A program made the translations under genes and the position numbers. Below the pieces are notes generated by a model. That model saw only the letters and a list, made by a program, of their open reading frames with translations. It searched no databases and was not told where the DNA came from. Below, one piece after another: positions 27,059-36,447 of a DNA stretch of 63,668 bases (positions are counted from its first letter, which is position 1; every line of letters starts with the position of its first letter). This DNA is from a virus. Taxonomy: Duplodnaviria; Caudoviricetes. The stretch covers positions 1 to 63,668 of the IMG/VR virus record IMGVR_UViG_3300049432_000050; one strand, 5' to 3'.

Positions 27059-27885
27059 GCCGCCTGCTGGCCGACGCATTAGAGCTCGCCGCGCTGCTGC
27101 GGCCCGCATGGGCTGACGTGAGCGCTGGGATCCCGTCGTGGCACCTTCGCAACGAGGGCGACGACGACGACGACTCGGCCGATGACAGCGCCGACGATGA
27201 CGACTCGGCGGATGTCACGGACGACGACGACAAGGACGACGACACTGCGGCGGACGACAAGCCTGCGGATGACGCCGAGCTCGAGGAGTGGAAAGCCTAC
27301 GCCCGCAAGTGGGAAAAGCGCGCGAAGGACAAACCGACCGGCGCGGGCCGCGCTGAGCGTGAGGCGGCCCGCCTGAAGCGGGAGCGTGACGAGCTCGCCG
27401 CGAAGCTCAAGGAACGCGAGGACGCCGACAAGTCCGATCAGGAGAAAGCGATCGACACGGCGAAGCGACAGGCCCGTGAGGAAGCGCTGAGCGAAGCGGA
27501 CAAGGACCGTCGCGCAGATCGCCTGGAGATGGCGGTGTCGAAGGTCGCGGCGATCCGCGGTGTCAAGCTCGGCGCCGGAGACGACGCGAAGACCGTGAAA
27601 TTCACGGACCCCGATGACGTCCTCATGTGGCTGGAGAAGCAGATCGACCGCGGCGACATCGACGCGGACACGATCTACAAGGACGGCCGCGTCGACATGG
27701 ACGCCCTAGCCGAAGAACTCATGGCTCTCGCGGAAGCGAAGCCCGGGTGGCTCGCCGGCGCCGGGAAGCAGAACGGCATCCCGGCGGGAAGCTCGGACGC
27801 AGGCAAGGGTGCCGCGCCGTCCGGTAACAGCGTCGAGTCGGAACTGAAGGCAGTGCAGCGTCGCCGCCACTCGACGGTGACGTAA
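27055..27885 (+). CDS. Capsid scaffolding protein
   Basis: Asp-rich N-terminus, WKAYARKWEKRAK, coiled coil; position. Confidence 0.85.
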   Translation: MSRLLADALELAALLRPAWADVSAGIPSWHLRNEGDDDDDSADDSADDDDSADVTDDDDKDDDTAADDKPADDAELEEWKAYARKWEKRAKDKPTGAGRAEREAARLKRERDELAAKLKEREDADKSDQEKAIDTAKRQAREEALSEADKDRRADRLEMAVSKVAAIRGVKLGAGDDAKTVKFTDPDDVLMWLEKQIDRGDIDADTIYKDGRVDMDALAEELMALAEAKPGWLAGAGKQNGIPAGSSDAGKGAAPSGNSVESELKAVQRRRHSTVT

Positions 27886-27909
27886 CCCACCGAAAGCAGG
27901 AGAACGCTC

Positions 27910-28122
27910 ATGGCCGCAGACGATGATTGGACGAAGGACGATGACGGTCGCCCCCGCGACGTGCTCGAGCAGCACCGCGTGCGGATGGAAGAGGACCCGG
28001 CGTACCGTGAGGCGGCGCTGACTCCCCCGGGGAATCATCCGCCGGGCGGACACGTCGATGACATTCAGCGGACCGCTGACGGTGAGCCGGCCGCCGGGGA
28101 CGAGAAGGCCGCCACGAAGTAG
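27910..28122 (+). CDS. Small acidic protein
   Basis: AGGAG RBS. Confidence 0.6.
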   Translation: MAADDDWTKDDDGRPRDVLEQHRVRMEEDPAYREAALTPPGNHPPGGHVDDIQRTADGEPAAGDEKAATK

Positions 28123-28281
28123 CAGGACGGGCGAGCGCCGCATGGTGCCGCTCCCCCTCGGGCTCGTGTTCGCACCGGGCCCAGCGAACCGAACCGAACA
28201 AGACGGCCGCACGGCCGAGAAAGCCACCGCAGGGCGGCTCCACACCCCGCAGCACCCCTCATTTCCGAATAGGAGTCGCAC

Positions 28282-29229
28282 ATGCCGACCTTTCTGACCA
28301 TGCCGCAGGTTGCCACCAGGGCACTTGCGACGCTCCTGAACGATTCCGTGCTGATCGGGCTCGTCAGCCGCGACTACGACAGTGCGTTCGCTGGGAAGCA
28401 GGGCGCGACCGTCAACGTCCGCGTCCCGATGGTGTTCGCCGCCAACAGCTTCAACCGGTCGACGGGCATTCAGCTGCAGAACCCCGCTGAGGACACGTTC
28501 CCCGTCGTCTTGGACAAGATCGCGGACGTGTCGTTCGCGGTCACGTCGGAGGACCTGACGCTCACGATCGACGACTTCACCGACCGACTCCTGAACCCTG
28601 CGATGCAGGCGATCATCGAGATGGTCGAGGGCGACATCACGGAGAAGCTCGTTGACGCCGCGAACCAGACCGCGAACCCGGGCGCGACGAATGACTATCC
28701 GGCGAAGCAGTCCGGTGGCGGTGTCGTCACGACCCCGGACGGGACGCACCCGTCGAAGGTGCTGATCCCCGCCAAGACGAAGCTGAACCGCAACAAGATC
28801 CCGACCGTCAACCGGTTCGCGATCTTCTCCCCCGAAGCATCCGGTGTCGTGATCGGCGACTCGATCATGCATGAGGCCGACAAGCGCGGGAACACCGACG
28901 GGCTCGTCGAAGCCGCGATCGGCCGGAAGTTCGGGTTCGACTCGTACGAGTCCAACTACCTTGGGTATGGGTCCGGGGACCGCGGGCAGGCGGACGGCGT
29001 CGCGTTCCACAGGGACGCGATCACGCTCGCGACCAGGACCCTCGAACTGCCGCTCGGGAAGATCGGATCGCAGGCGGCTGTCAAGAGCTACAAGGGCCTC
29101 GGATTGCGAATCGTCTATGGATACGACATGACCTACAAACAAGACATTTGCTCCATCGATTTTCTTTACGGCACTCGTGCGGTCCGTCCGCAGGCCGCCG
29201 TTGAGCTCGATCTCGCGCAGGGCTCCTAA
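28282..29229 (+). CDS. Major capsid protein (P22 coat-like)
   Basis: VSRDY...GATVNVRVP...IGRKFGFD.YES...AFHRDA...SIDFLYG. Confidence 0.9.
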   Translation: MPTFLTMPQVATRALATLLNDSVLIGLVSRDYDSAFAGKQGATVNVRVPMVFAANSFNRSTGIQLQNPAEDTFPVVLDKIADVSFAVTSEDLTLTIDDFTDRLLNPAMQAIIEMVEGDITEKLVDAANQTANPGATNDYPAKQSGGGVVTTPDGTHPSKVLIPAKTKLNRNKIPTVNRFAIFSPEASGVVIGDSIMHEADKRGNTDGLVEAAIGRKFGFDSYESNYLGYGSGDRGQADGVAFHRDAITLATRTLELPLGKIGSQAAVKSYKGLGLRIVYGYDMTYKQDICSIDFLYGTRAVRPQAAVELDLAQGS

Positions 29230-29240
29230 CCCAACCTGAG

Positions 29241-29264
29241 CGGCCCGGCGCATGAGCCGGGCCG
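29241..29264 (+). terminator. Hairpin after the capsid gene
   Basis: CGGCCCGGC / GCCGGGCCG. Confidence 0.55.
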
Positions 29265-29285
29265 TCGCGACGTAAGGAGGCCCTG

Positions 29286-30128
29286 ATGCCGAAGTACGAG
29301 GTGCGGCTGCGGTCGCAGACGGACGATCAGTCGAGACTCACGACGCTGTCCGCGGCCAGCGAGGAGGAAGCGAGGGCGCGCTGCGTGCTCGCTGAGCGCG
29401 AGGTCGTGGACTACACCCTGGACGGCGACGAGTACCTGACGGACGACGAGCGGGAAGCGATCGTCGACACTGTCCGTGTTGACGATGACGGGAAGATGGT
29501 GGGTGCGGACAAGCGGTTCCGCGGGAAGCTGCACCAGCACCTCCAACAGCAGCTGTACGTCGTCGAGGCGGTGCGGGAGGTTCCGTTGGACACGGGTCGG
29601 CTCGTCGCGGAGCTCGTGGCGCTCAAGCAGGTCCCGGAGACGTGGGACCGCATGCTGGAGGACATGCACGCCGCCGGGATCGATCTCGCTGCGGTGACCG
29701 CCTTGATCTACGGGGTGCCGACGAAGAATCAGTACGACGGGACGGCGGTCACGGACTGGGATACCGACACGATCAAGGCGGCGTTGCTGACCGCGTACAC
29801 GGTCAATCAGGACACGCACGATTTCTTCGATGACGTGTCCGGGACGGAGATCACGGGGACGGGGTACACCGCCGGGGGCGCGACGCTCGGGTCGAAGACG
29901 GCGACGTATGACACCGCGACCGACCAGACCCGGATGGACGCGGCCGACACGACATGGACGACGAGCACGCTCAGCGCAACGGATTGCGTGGTCTACAAGA
30001 GCACGGGGACCGCGAGCACGTCGCCGTTGATCGTCGCCGTTGACTTCGGTGGGACTGTCGCGACGACCGCCGGGACGTTTCAGGTCACCTGGGATTCGCT
30101 CGGGTTGCACGTCCTGGATCTGACGTAG
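29286..30128 (+). CDS. Two-domain putative virion protein
   Basis: C-terminal Thr/Gly-rich beta domain (DTIKAAL...EITGTGYTAGG..L...VDFGG) seen in phage fibre-associated proteins. Confidence 0.7.
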   Translation: MPKYEVRLRSQTDDQSRLTTLSAASEEEARARCVLAEREVVDYTLDGDEYLTDDEREAIVDTVRVDDDGKMVGADKRFRGKLHQHLQQQLYVVEAVREVPLDTGRLVAELVALKQVPETWDRMLEDMHAAGIDLAAVTALIYGVPTKNQYDGTAVTDWDTDTIKAALLTAYTVNQDTHDFFDDVSGTEITGTGYTAGGATLGSKTATYDTATDQTRMDAADTTWTTSTLSATDCVVYKSTGTASTSPLIVAVDFGGTVATTAGTFQVTWDSLGLHVLDLT

Positions 30129-30131
30129 AGG

Positions 30132-30479
30132 GTGGTTCGGCACACCCTTCAGGTGCAGGCGTTCGCGACTCCGGCCCGGTTGAACAACCTGCAGGCGGAT
30201 GTCAATACTGCCGTGGCGGGCCGTGTTGACGTGACGAACCTCACGGTGCGTCAGCAGACGACCCGCGGCGTGTCGTACCTGTTGGTTGAGGCGGACTTCA
30301 CGGGCCGCGGGAGCGGGGAGGCGATCATGGACACGCTCGTCGCGCGGATGCAGACCCGGCAGACCGTCGCCCCGTCCTACGTGTGGCTGAAGTCGACGGA
30401 TGACGTGGCGCGAACGCAGACGGAGCGTCATGCGGTCGCGCCCGGCTGGACGATCACCGACGTCGTCACGCAGGTGTAG
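30132..30479 (+). CDS. Hypothetical (putative virion) protein
   Basis: Within the structural operon. Confidence 0.65.
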   Translation: MVRHTLQVQAFATPARLNNLQADVNTAVAGRVDVTNLTVRQQTTRGVSYLLVEADFTGRGSGEAIMDTLVARMQTRQTVAPSYVWLKSTDDVARTQTERHAVAPGWTITDVVTQV

Positions 30480-30481
30480 GC

Positions 30482-32434
30482 ATGGCGGTCCGCAACTTCA
30501 CCGCGAACAACAGCGAGTTGCGCGTCCCCGTCATCGCGGGCTCCAACGTGGGGGCGGATTTCACGCTCGCGGTCCTCGTGAAGCCGAACACGCACGCGGA
30601 CTGGCAGGCGATGATGGCCGGGCAGACGTCGGCCGGGGCGTATCAGTGGGAGTTCGGCGTCGACCCGGCGGACCGCGTCGTGTTCTACACCGTCAACGGC
30701 AACGCGCTCAGGACGGCTGCGGCGACGGTCTCGACGACGACGATCTGGTACATCGTCGCGGTCACCCGCAGCGCGACCGCGTCTCGGTTCCACGTCTTCC
30801 CGTTCGGGGGCCCGTGGTCGCACGCGGATGCCTCCAGCGCGTTCGGGACCGCATCGTCGACGAGCGGCGGGTACATCTCGTTCGGTGAGGCGCAGGACGT
30901 CGACGACCTGAACATGCGCATGGCGACCGCGGCCGTCTGGAACGCGGCGCTGTCCGACGCGCAGATCGAGGCGCTCGCGACGGGGACCGCGACCGCGAAC
31001 TGGGTCAACCATGCCGTCGCCCCGATCGGCGTGTGGGACTTCAATCAGGCCGTGAACACCGACAACGTCCCGGACCTGAAGGCCGCGCACGCCACGATCA
31101 CGGGGACGATCACCGGCACGACGGACCTCAACGGGATCGCCGGGACGACGATCGTGACCGGCGACGACCCGCCATCGTGGACGTTCGGGGCGGGCGGGAC
31201 GAACGCGACGGTGACAGCGGTCGCAGCGATCGGGTCCGCCGCAGCGGTCACGCACGCGGTATCGGCTGGCAGCGTGGTCACGAGCCCGCCGGGTCTGGGT
31301 GTCGGTTCGGCGCCGGTGAGCACCATTGCGGCCGGGTCGGTGGTCGCGGCGCCTGCAGCACTGGGAGCCGGGACCTCGCCAGCGCCGGCAGCAGTGGCGG
31401 GCAGCGTGACGGTGGCCCCCGCTGCGCTCGGTGCGGGCTCGGCGCCCCCGCCGGTACCGGCGGGCGCATATGAGGCGCTGGTGCCCGCGGCACTCGGCGC
31501 AGCGGTCGCCACGACACCCGTCGTCGGTGCGGGCAGCCTCGTCGTCTCGCCTGCGGCGCTCGGCGGCGGGTCAAGCCCCGTCCCGGCCGTCACGGCTGGC
31601 AGCGCGGTCACGGTGCCACCCGCGATTGGCGTTGGTTCCGCTCCGGCGCCCGCCGTCGCTGGCGCCTACGAAGTGCTGGCGACGGCGGCGTTCGGGATCG
31701 GCAGCGCGCCCGCGCCCGCGGTTACGGCGGGCAGCGCCATCGCAGCGCCCGCCGCCACGGGAACGGGAACAGCGCCGCCGCCCGCCGCGATGGCCGGGAC
31801 GGACGTGCAGCCACCCGCTGCGGTCGGCGCAGTAGCAGCCCTGACGCACACCGCGACCGCCGCCAGTGTCGTGAGCGCCCCCCCAGGCGTCGGGGCCGGG
31901 GCCGCGCCGCCGCCGGCCGTGTCGGGGTCCGGCAGCGCGGTCGTCAGCGCCCTGCCCGGCATCGCGACAGGCACCGCCCCCGCCCCCACCATCGACGCCG
32001 CAAGCGTCGTCACGCCACCAGCCGGGCTCGGCGCGGGGAACGTCCCGCCGCCAGCCGTCGCGGCGATGCTGACCGTGGCCGCCCCCGCAGCGCTCGGCGC
32101 CGCCGTGACGACGACCCCGGCCCTGGCCGCGTCATCGACGGTGCACGCCCCGCCCGCGCTCGGAGCCGGTGTCGCGACGACCCCCGGCGTCACAGCGAGC
32201 TTCGCAGTGCTGGCGCCCGCGGCGCTCGGATCGGCGGTCCTCGGGACGCACACGCTGCGCGCCGACTCCACGATCCTGCCCCCAGCCGCAATCGGGACCG
32301 GCATCAGCCCGCCGCCCGGTGTGTCGGGTGTGACGCCGAGCGTCATCGTCACGGGGCACCGCGGGACACTCGACGCGCTCGAAGCCCTGCCGTCCGGTGT
32401 CGCTGTGGCGGGCATGGAACTCGTCGGAACCTAG
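30482..32434 (+). CDS. LamG/concanavalin-like domain plus long Ala/Pro/Ser/Thr/Gly repeat fibre protein
   Basis: WYIVAVT, AAVWNAALSDAQI LamG motifs; many imperfect repeats of xxPAALGxGxAPxPxVxAG. Confidence 0.8.
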   Translation: MAVRNFTANNSELRVPVIAGSNVGADFTLAVLVKPNTHADWQAMMAGQTSAGAYQWEFGVDPADRVVFYTVNGNALRTAAATVSTTTIWYIVAVTRSATASRFHVFPFGGPWSHADASSAFGTASSTSGGYISFGEAQDVDDLNMRMATAAVWNAALSDAQIEALATGTATANWVNHAVAPIGVWDFNQAVNTDNVPDLKAAHATITGTITGTTDLNGIAGTTIVTGDDPPSWTFGAGGTNATVTAVAAIGSAAAVTHAVSAGSVVTSPPGLGVGSAPVSTIAAGSVVAAPAALGAGTSPAPAAVAGSVTVAPAALGAGSAPPPVPAGAYEALVPAALGAAVATTPVVGAGSLVVSPAALGGGSSPVPAVTAGSAVTVPPAIGVGSAPAPAVAGAYEVLATAAFGIGSAPAPAVTAGSAIAAPAATGTGTAPPPAAMAGTDVQPPAAVGAVAALTHTATAASVVSAPPGVGAGAAPPPAVSGSGSAVVSALPGIATGTAPAPTIDAASVVTPPAGLGAGNVPPPAVAAMLTVAAPAALGAAVTTTPALAASSTVHAPPALGAGVATTPGVTASFAVLAPAALGSAVLGTHTLRADSTILPPAAIGTGISPPPGVSGVTPSVIVTGHRGTLDALEALPSGVAVAGMELVGT

Positions 32435-32442
32435 GAGGCGCA

Positions 32443-32886
32443 TTGGCGAACTTCGCGACACTCACCGACCTGGCAATCCGGCTCAGCCGCACAACCTCGG
32501 GGGAACTCACGGCCGCGCAGACCGCGCAAGGCAACCTGCTGCTCGAGCTCGCGTCCGGCCTGATCCGGGAGGCCGCGGGCAAGGCCGCGACCTGGGACCC
32601 GGTGCCGGTCCCGACGATTCTGCGCGCGGTGTGTCTGGAGGCGTGCCGCCGCGTGATGACAAACCCGGCCGGGGTCCGGTCGGAGGGCGAAACGCTCGGC
32701 GCGCATCAGCACTCCGTCAGCTACCCCGACGGCGCCGGCGACCTATACCTGACGGACCGTGAAGCGAAGCTCGTCAGGGCCGCCGCCGGGTTGGCGGGCA
32801 GCGCGACAACGATGCCGCTCACGACCGTGGACCTGCTGATCGAGCTCCGGGACACCGGAGAGATCGCGGCGTTCCCAGCCGAATGA
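32443..32886 (+). CDS. Head-to-tail adaptor
   Basis: FATLTDL, LLELASGLIR, RRVMTNPAGVRSE, LYLTDRE. Confidence 0.85.
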   Translation: MANFATLTDLAIRLSRTTSGELTAAQTAQGNLLLELASGLIREAAGKAATWDPVPVPTILRAVCLEACRRVMTNPAGVRSEGETLGAHQHSVSYPDGAGDLYLTDREAKLVRAAAGLAGSATTMPLTTVDLLIELRDTGEIAAFPAE

Positions 32887-33524
32887 GCCTCGTGATCCTC
32901 GTTCCCGTTCTCGCGCGCCCGCAGAACGTGGCGCCGCTGCTCACCTCGATCGGTCTGTCCACGCCGCAACCGCACCGGATCCTCTTCCTCGCGGACCCGG
33001 GCGACACCGCTGAGCACGCCGCGATCACGCACGCGGGCGGCTGGATGCTGTCCCCGGGAGGCGGGTACGCAGCGAAGGTCAACGCCGGGGTCCGCGCGAC
33101 CGACGAGCCGCTGATCCTGCTCGCCGCCGATGACGTTCGGCCCCATCCGGGATGGCTGCCGCGAGCACTCGCGCTGATCAATCGCGGCGCGCACGTCGTT
33201 GGTCTCAACGACCTCATCCCGCGCCCCTTGCGGCCGACGCACGCGACGCACTTCCTGATCACCCGCGAATACGCCGCGAAGCCATGCGCGGACGGGTCGC
33301 GGGGTCCACTCTGGGAGGGCTACGCGCACTGGCGCACCGACGATGAGCTGATCGCGACCGCCACAAAACGCGGGGTGTACGCCTACTGCCCGCAAGCGAT
33401 CGTCGAACACGTCGGCCATCCGATGACACCTGGCGGCGTCGATGACGACACATACAGGAAGGGACGCGCGCAGGCACGTCTCGACGGGAAGCGGTTCGCG
33501 CGGAGAGCGCACTTGTGGGCGTGA
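32883..33524 (+). CDS. Glycosyltransferase (GT-A fold)
   Basis: VILVPV, LAADDV, EGYAHWRTDDEL, IVEH. Confidence 0.8.
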   Translation: MSLVILVPVLARPQNVAPLLTSIGLSTPQPHRILFLADPGDTAEHAAITHAGGWMLSPGGGYAAKVNAGVRATDEPLILLAADDVRPHPGWLPRALALINRGAHVVGLNDLIPRPLRPTHATHFLITREYAAKPCADGSRGPLWEGYAHWRTDDELIATATKRGVYAYCPQAIVEHVGHPMTPGGVDDDTYRKGRAQARLDGKRFARRAHLWA

Positions 33525-34141
33525 GCTGGGTCACGGTGACTACGGGCACGTTCGGCGACGAGTCGTGGCAGCGGCTCGCGCGGGAGCGCGCCGGCGCGTC
33601 GGTGCCGGCCGGGGTGCCGTGGATTCACGTGCATGGCGACACGATCGCAGCGGCGCGAAACGCAGCGCTCGCAAGAGTTGAGAGTGCGTTCGTGATCGGA
33701 CTCGATGCCGACGACCAGCTTCCGGGCATCGAGTACATCGAGGCGATGGCCCGCGGCACAGCTGACGTCCGCGTGCCGCTCGTGACCTACGTCCGAGACG
33801 GGCGGGCGCAACGGCCGTGGCAGCCCCGCGTCGCCGGGCACACGCACGACTGCGTTGCGGACTGCCTGGAAGCGGGGAACTGGGTGCCGATCGGGGCATG
33901 CGCCCGAACGAGCCTGCTGCGGACCGTCGGCTTCCATGACTTCGGCTGGTCGGAGGATTGGGCGACGTGGGCTTTCGCCGCTCGGGCGGGCGCATCGTTC
34001 GAACTGATCCGCGACGCGGTATACGTCGCGCACGTCGACACGGCTGGCCGCAATCGTGGACAGAGCCGAGAGGCACGGGACGCGGCGCACTGGGAGATCC
34101 ACCGGACGGTATGGCCCGAACGCTACGCAGAGGCAACGTGA
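33521..34141 (+). CDS. Glycosyltransferase (GT2-like)
   Basis: AARNAAL, GLDADD, VGF...EDW. Confidence 0.85.
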   Translation: MSWVTVTTGTFGDESWQRLARERAGASVPAGVPWIHVHGDTIAAARNAALARVESAFVIGLDADDQLPGIEYIEAMARGTADVRVPLVTYVRDGRAQRPWQPRVAGHTHDCVADCLEAGNWVPIGACARTSLLRTVGFHDFGWSEDWATWAFAARAGASFELIRDAVYVAHVDTAGRNRGQSREARDAAHWEIHRTVWPERYAEAT

Positions 34142-34824
34142 TCGCGCTGCTCGTGATGACGGACGGCCGCCGCGAGTACCTGCAGCAAACCCTCGCCCGG
34201 TTCGACGAGATGGCGGCCGGCACGATCACGCGCCGGGTGATCCACGACGACTCCGGCGACGCCGACTACGCGCACTGGCTACGCCGAGCGCTGCCGGGAT
34301 ACGAGATCGTCGTAACGGGTGGCCGAACGGGGTTCGCGGCGGCAATGGCATCCGCGTGGCGCACGGTCGCGGATGGCCCCGAACCGTTCGTGATGCACCT
34401 CGAAGACGACTTCCTGTTCACGCGCCCCGTCAACCTCGACGACCTCACCGGCCTACTCGCCGACCGGCCGTATCTCGCGCAGGTCGCGTTTCGCCGGCAG
34501 GCATGGGGCGCGGAGATCGAGCACGGCGGGTTTATGGCGATGATGCCGGGCGCGTACAGCGAGCACACCGACGGACGGCGGTTCTGGGTGGAAACGATCC
34601 GCAACTACTCCACGAACCCGAGCGTGCATCGCCGCGAGCTCTGCCACACAGGGTGGCCACAGTCGCAGCACAGCGAGGGCCTGTACGGCTTCCAGCTGCG
34701 CGAGACCGGGTTGCCGTGGGGTGTCGCCCCGGACGATGTGCGGTTCGGGTTCTGGGGGTCAATGGCGGACGGCGGCGAATGGATCTGGCACATCGGGGAC
34801 TATCGGCGGGGACACACGTACTAG
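34138..34824 (+). CDS. Glycosyltransferase (GT-A fold)
   Basis: IHDDSGD, MHLEDDF, STNPS, HIG. Confidence 0.8.
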   Translation: MIALLVMTDGRREYLQQTLARFDEMAAGTITRRVIHDDSGDADYAHWLRRALPGYEIVVTGGRTGFAAAMASAWRTVADGPEPFVMHLEDDFLFTRPVNLDDLTGLLADRPYLAQVAFRRQAWGAEIEHGGFMAMMPGAYSEHTDGRRFWVETIRNYSTNPSVHRRELCHTGWPQSQHSEGLYGFQLRETGLPWGVAPDDVRFGFWGSMADGGEWIWHIGDYRRGHTY

Positions 34825-35459
34825 TGCGCGTCTGTGTCCCCTACCGCCCGGACTGCGGGCATCGCGACAGACTGTGGGCAGCATGCGAAACGCGATGGCG
34901 GACGCTGCTTCCCGACGTTGAGATCGTCACCGGGCAGGACGCCGGGGAGCCAATGAACCGGGCGCGATGGCGCAACCGGGCGGCGGCCGGCACGTGGGAC
35001 GTCGCGGTGTTCGCGGACGCCGACATCATGGTCAGCATGCCCGAGCAGGTCACGCTTGCCGTCGCGACCGCCGGGCGAACGGGGCACCTCACCTACGCGC
35101 ATGACTGGCGCGCACAGCTGTCACAGCAGGGAACGACGGAGGTGCTGCAGGGCGGCGACCCGTGCCGCGCGGACATTGAGGCGTGGGATCCGCACACGTT
35201 CTCCGGGTGCTACGCCGTTCCGCGCCGCTTGTGGGACATCGTCGGCGGGTTCGACGAGCGGTTCGCCGGGTGGGGATGGGAGGATCTGGCGTTCATGCGG
35301 GCATGCGGCGCTCTCGGCGGCGGCCTGCAACGCGCACCGGGCGTCATCTACCACTGCTGGCACCCACAGGAACACGACGACGGCAACGAGGAGTTGTGGC
35401 GCGCGTATGAGCGGGCGGGCTGGGCTCCCCACAAGATGAGGCAGGTGATCGCACGGTGA
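34824..35459 (+). CDS. Glycosyltransferase (GT7/galactosyltransferase C-terminal-like)
   Basis: VPYR, FADAD, GGFDERFAGWGWED, YHCWH. Confidence 0.88.
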   Translation: MRVCVPYRPDCGHRDRLWAACETRWRTLLPDVEIVTGQDAGEPMNRARWRNRAAAGTWDVAVFADADIMVSMPEQVTLAVATAGRTGHLTYAHDWRAQLSQQGTTEVLQGGDPCRADIEAWDPHTFSGCYAVPRRLWDIVGGFDERFAGWGWEDLAFMRACGALGGGLQRAPGVIYHCWHPQEHDDGNEELWRAYERAGWAPHKMRQVIAR

Positions 35460-35995
35460 CCGCAACGAACGTCGGGAAATGGGACCGCTGGTTCGCGCTG
35501 CTCGGCCCCGACTGGGAACCCTTCGGGCAAACCGAAACGTACGAGCTCGCCGCCACGTGGCTGAAGCCGTGCGCCCTGGTCGCTGACTGGGGATGCGGAA
35601 AAGGCTGGATGCGGCACCACATCAAGCGCGACCGCTACTACGGAGTGGATGGGTCGCGGTCCCCGTTCGCGGATGAGATCGCGGACCTCGCGGACTACCA
35701 CCGGGAGTCGCCGGGGATCGTGCTGCGGCACGTCCTCGAGCATGATTACCGGTGGGAACGAATTCTCGCGAACGCGTGCGCAGCGTTCCAGCAGCGGATG
35801 GCGCTGGTGTTGTTCACGCCGCTCGGGGACACGACACGCGAGATCGCGTATGCCGCTGATCCGGGGGTGCCGGACATCTCGTTCGCGTTCTCAGACATCA
35901 AGCGGCACCTGGAGCCGTTCGCGTGGCGCCACGACACGCTGAGCACCGCATCACAGTACGGGACGGAAACGATCTTCTACGTGGAGCGCCCGTGA
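35456..35995 (+). CDS. Class I SAM-dependent methyltransferase
   Basis: ADWGCGKG, YYGVDGS, RHVLEH. Confidence 0.85.
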   Translation: MTATNVGKWDRWFALLGPDWEPFGQTETYELAATWLKPCALVADWGCGKGWMRHHIKRDRYYGVDGSRSPFADEIADLADYHRESPGIVLRHVLEHDYRWERILANACAAFQQRMALVLFTPLGDTTREIAYAADPGVPDISFAFSDIKRHLEPFAWRHDTLSTASQYGTETIFYVERP

Positions 35996-36035
35996 TGGCG
36001 CTACCAGAAATGCAACGAACGGGAATGAGGTACTG

Positions 36036-36305
36036 ATGAATCTTCGGCATGTGGTGGCAGTTGGTCTCGTGCGGGCCGCAGCGCGTGTACTCGCGGGGCA
36101 CGACGATCATGTCGTGATCCTGAACACGAACCGCATGCGGAACCTCCCCGGCAAACCAGACGCGGGGCTGATCAAGCCGTTCCTGCTCAGCGGCGGCAAG
36201 ACGGCGTTGTCTTTCTCGCCTGACGACGCACCGGAGTCTCTTGGCACGCCCGTGCCAGAACGTATCGCGCGTTTGGCCGGATACGACGTCGATCGCATCT
36301 CATGA
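36036..36305 (+). CDS. Hypothetical protein
   Basis: GAGG RBS; 89 aa. Confidence 0.5.
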   Translation: MNLRHVVAVGLVRAAARVLAGHDDHVVILNTNRMRNLPGKPDAGLIKPFLLSGGKTALSFSPDDAPESLGTPVPERIARLAGYDVDRIS

Positions 36306-36447
36306 CTACGGCTAAGCGGGAACGCGCGGACACGGCGTTCTGGGCGGTGCGGCTGTGACGCTCTGCCGATGTATCTGTGACAATAGGAGGACCCGCCAGC
36401 GCTTGCGACGCTGCGGGTCCCGGCCAATCCTGAGACGGAGGATCGAC

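Noticed and set aside
31200-32340. Tandem repeats as a possible array or diversity-generating target
   Set aside because: Degenerate protein-level repeats with no identical DNA units; no reverse transcriptase in the genome
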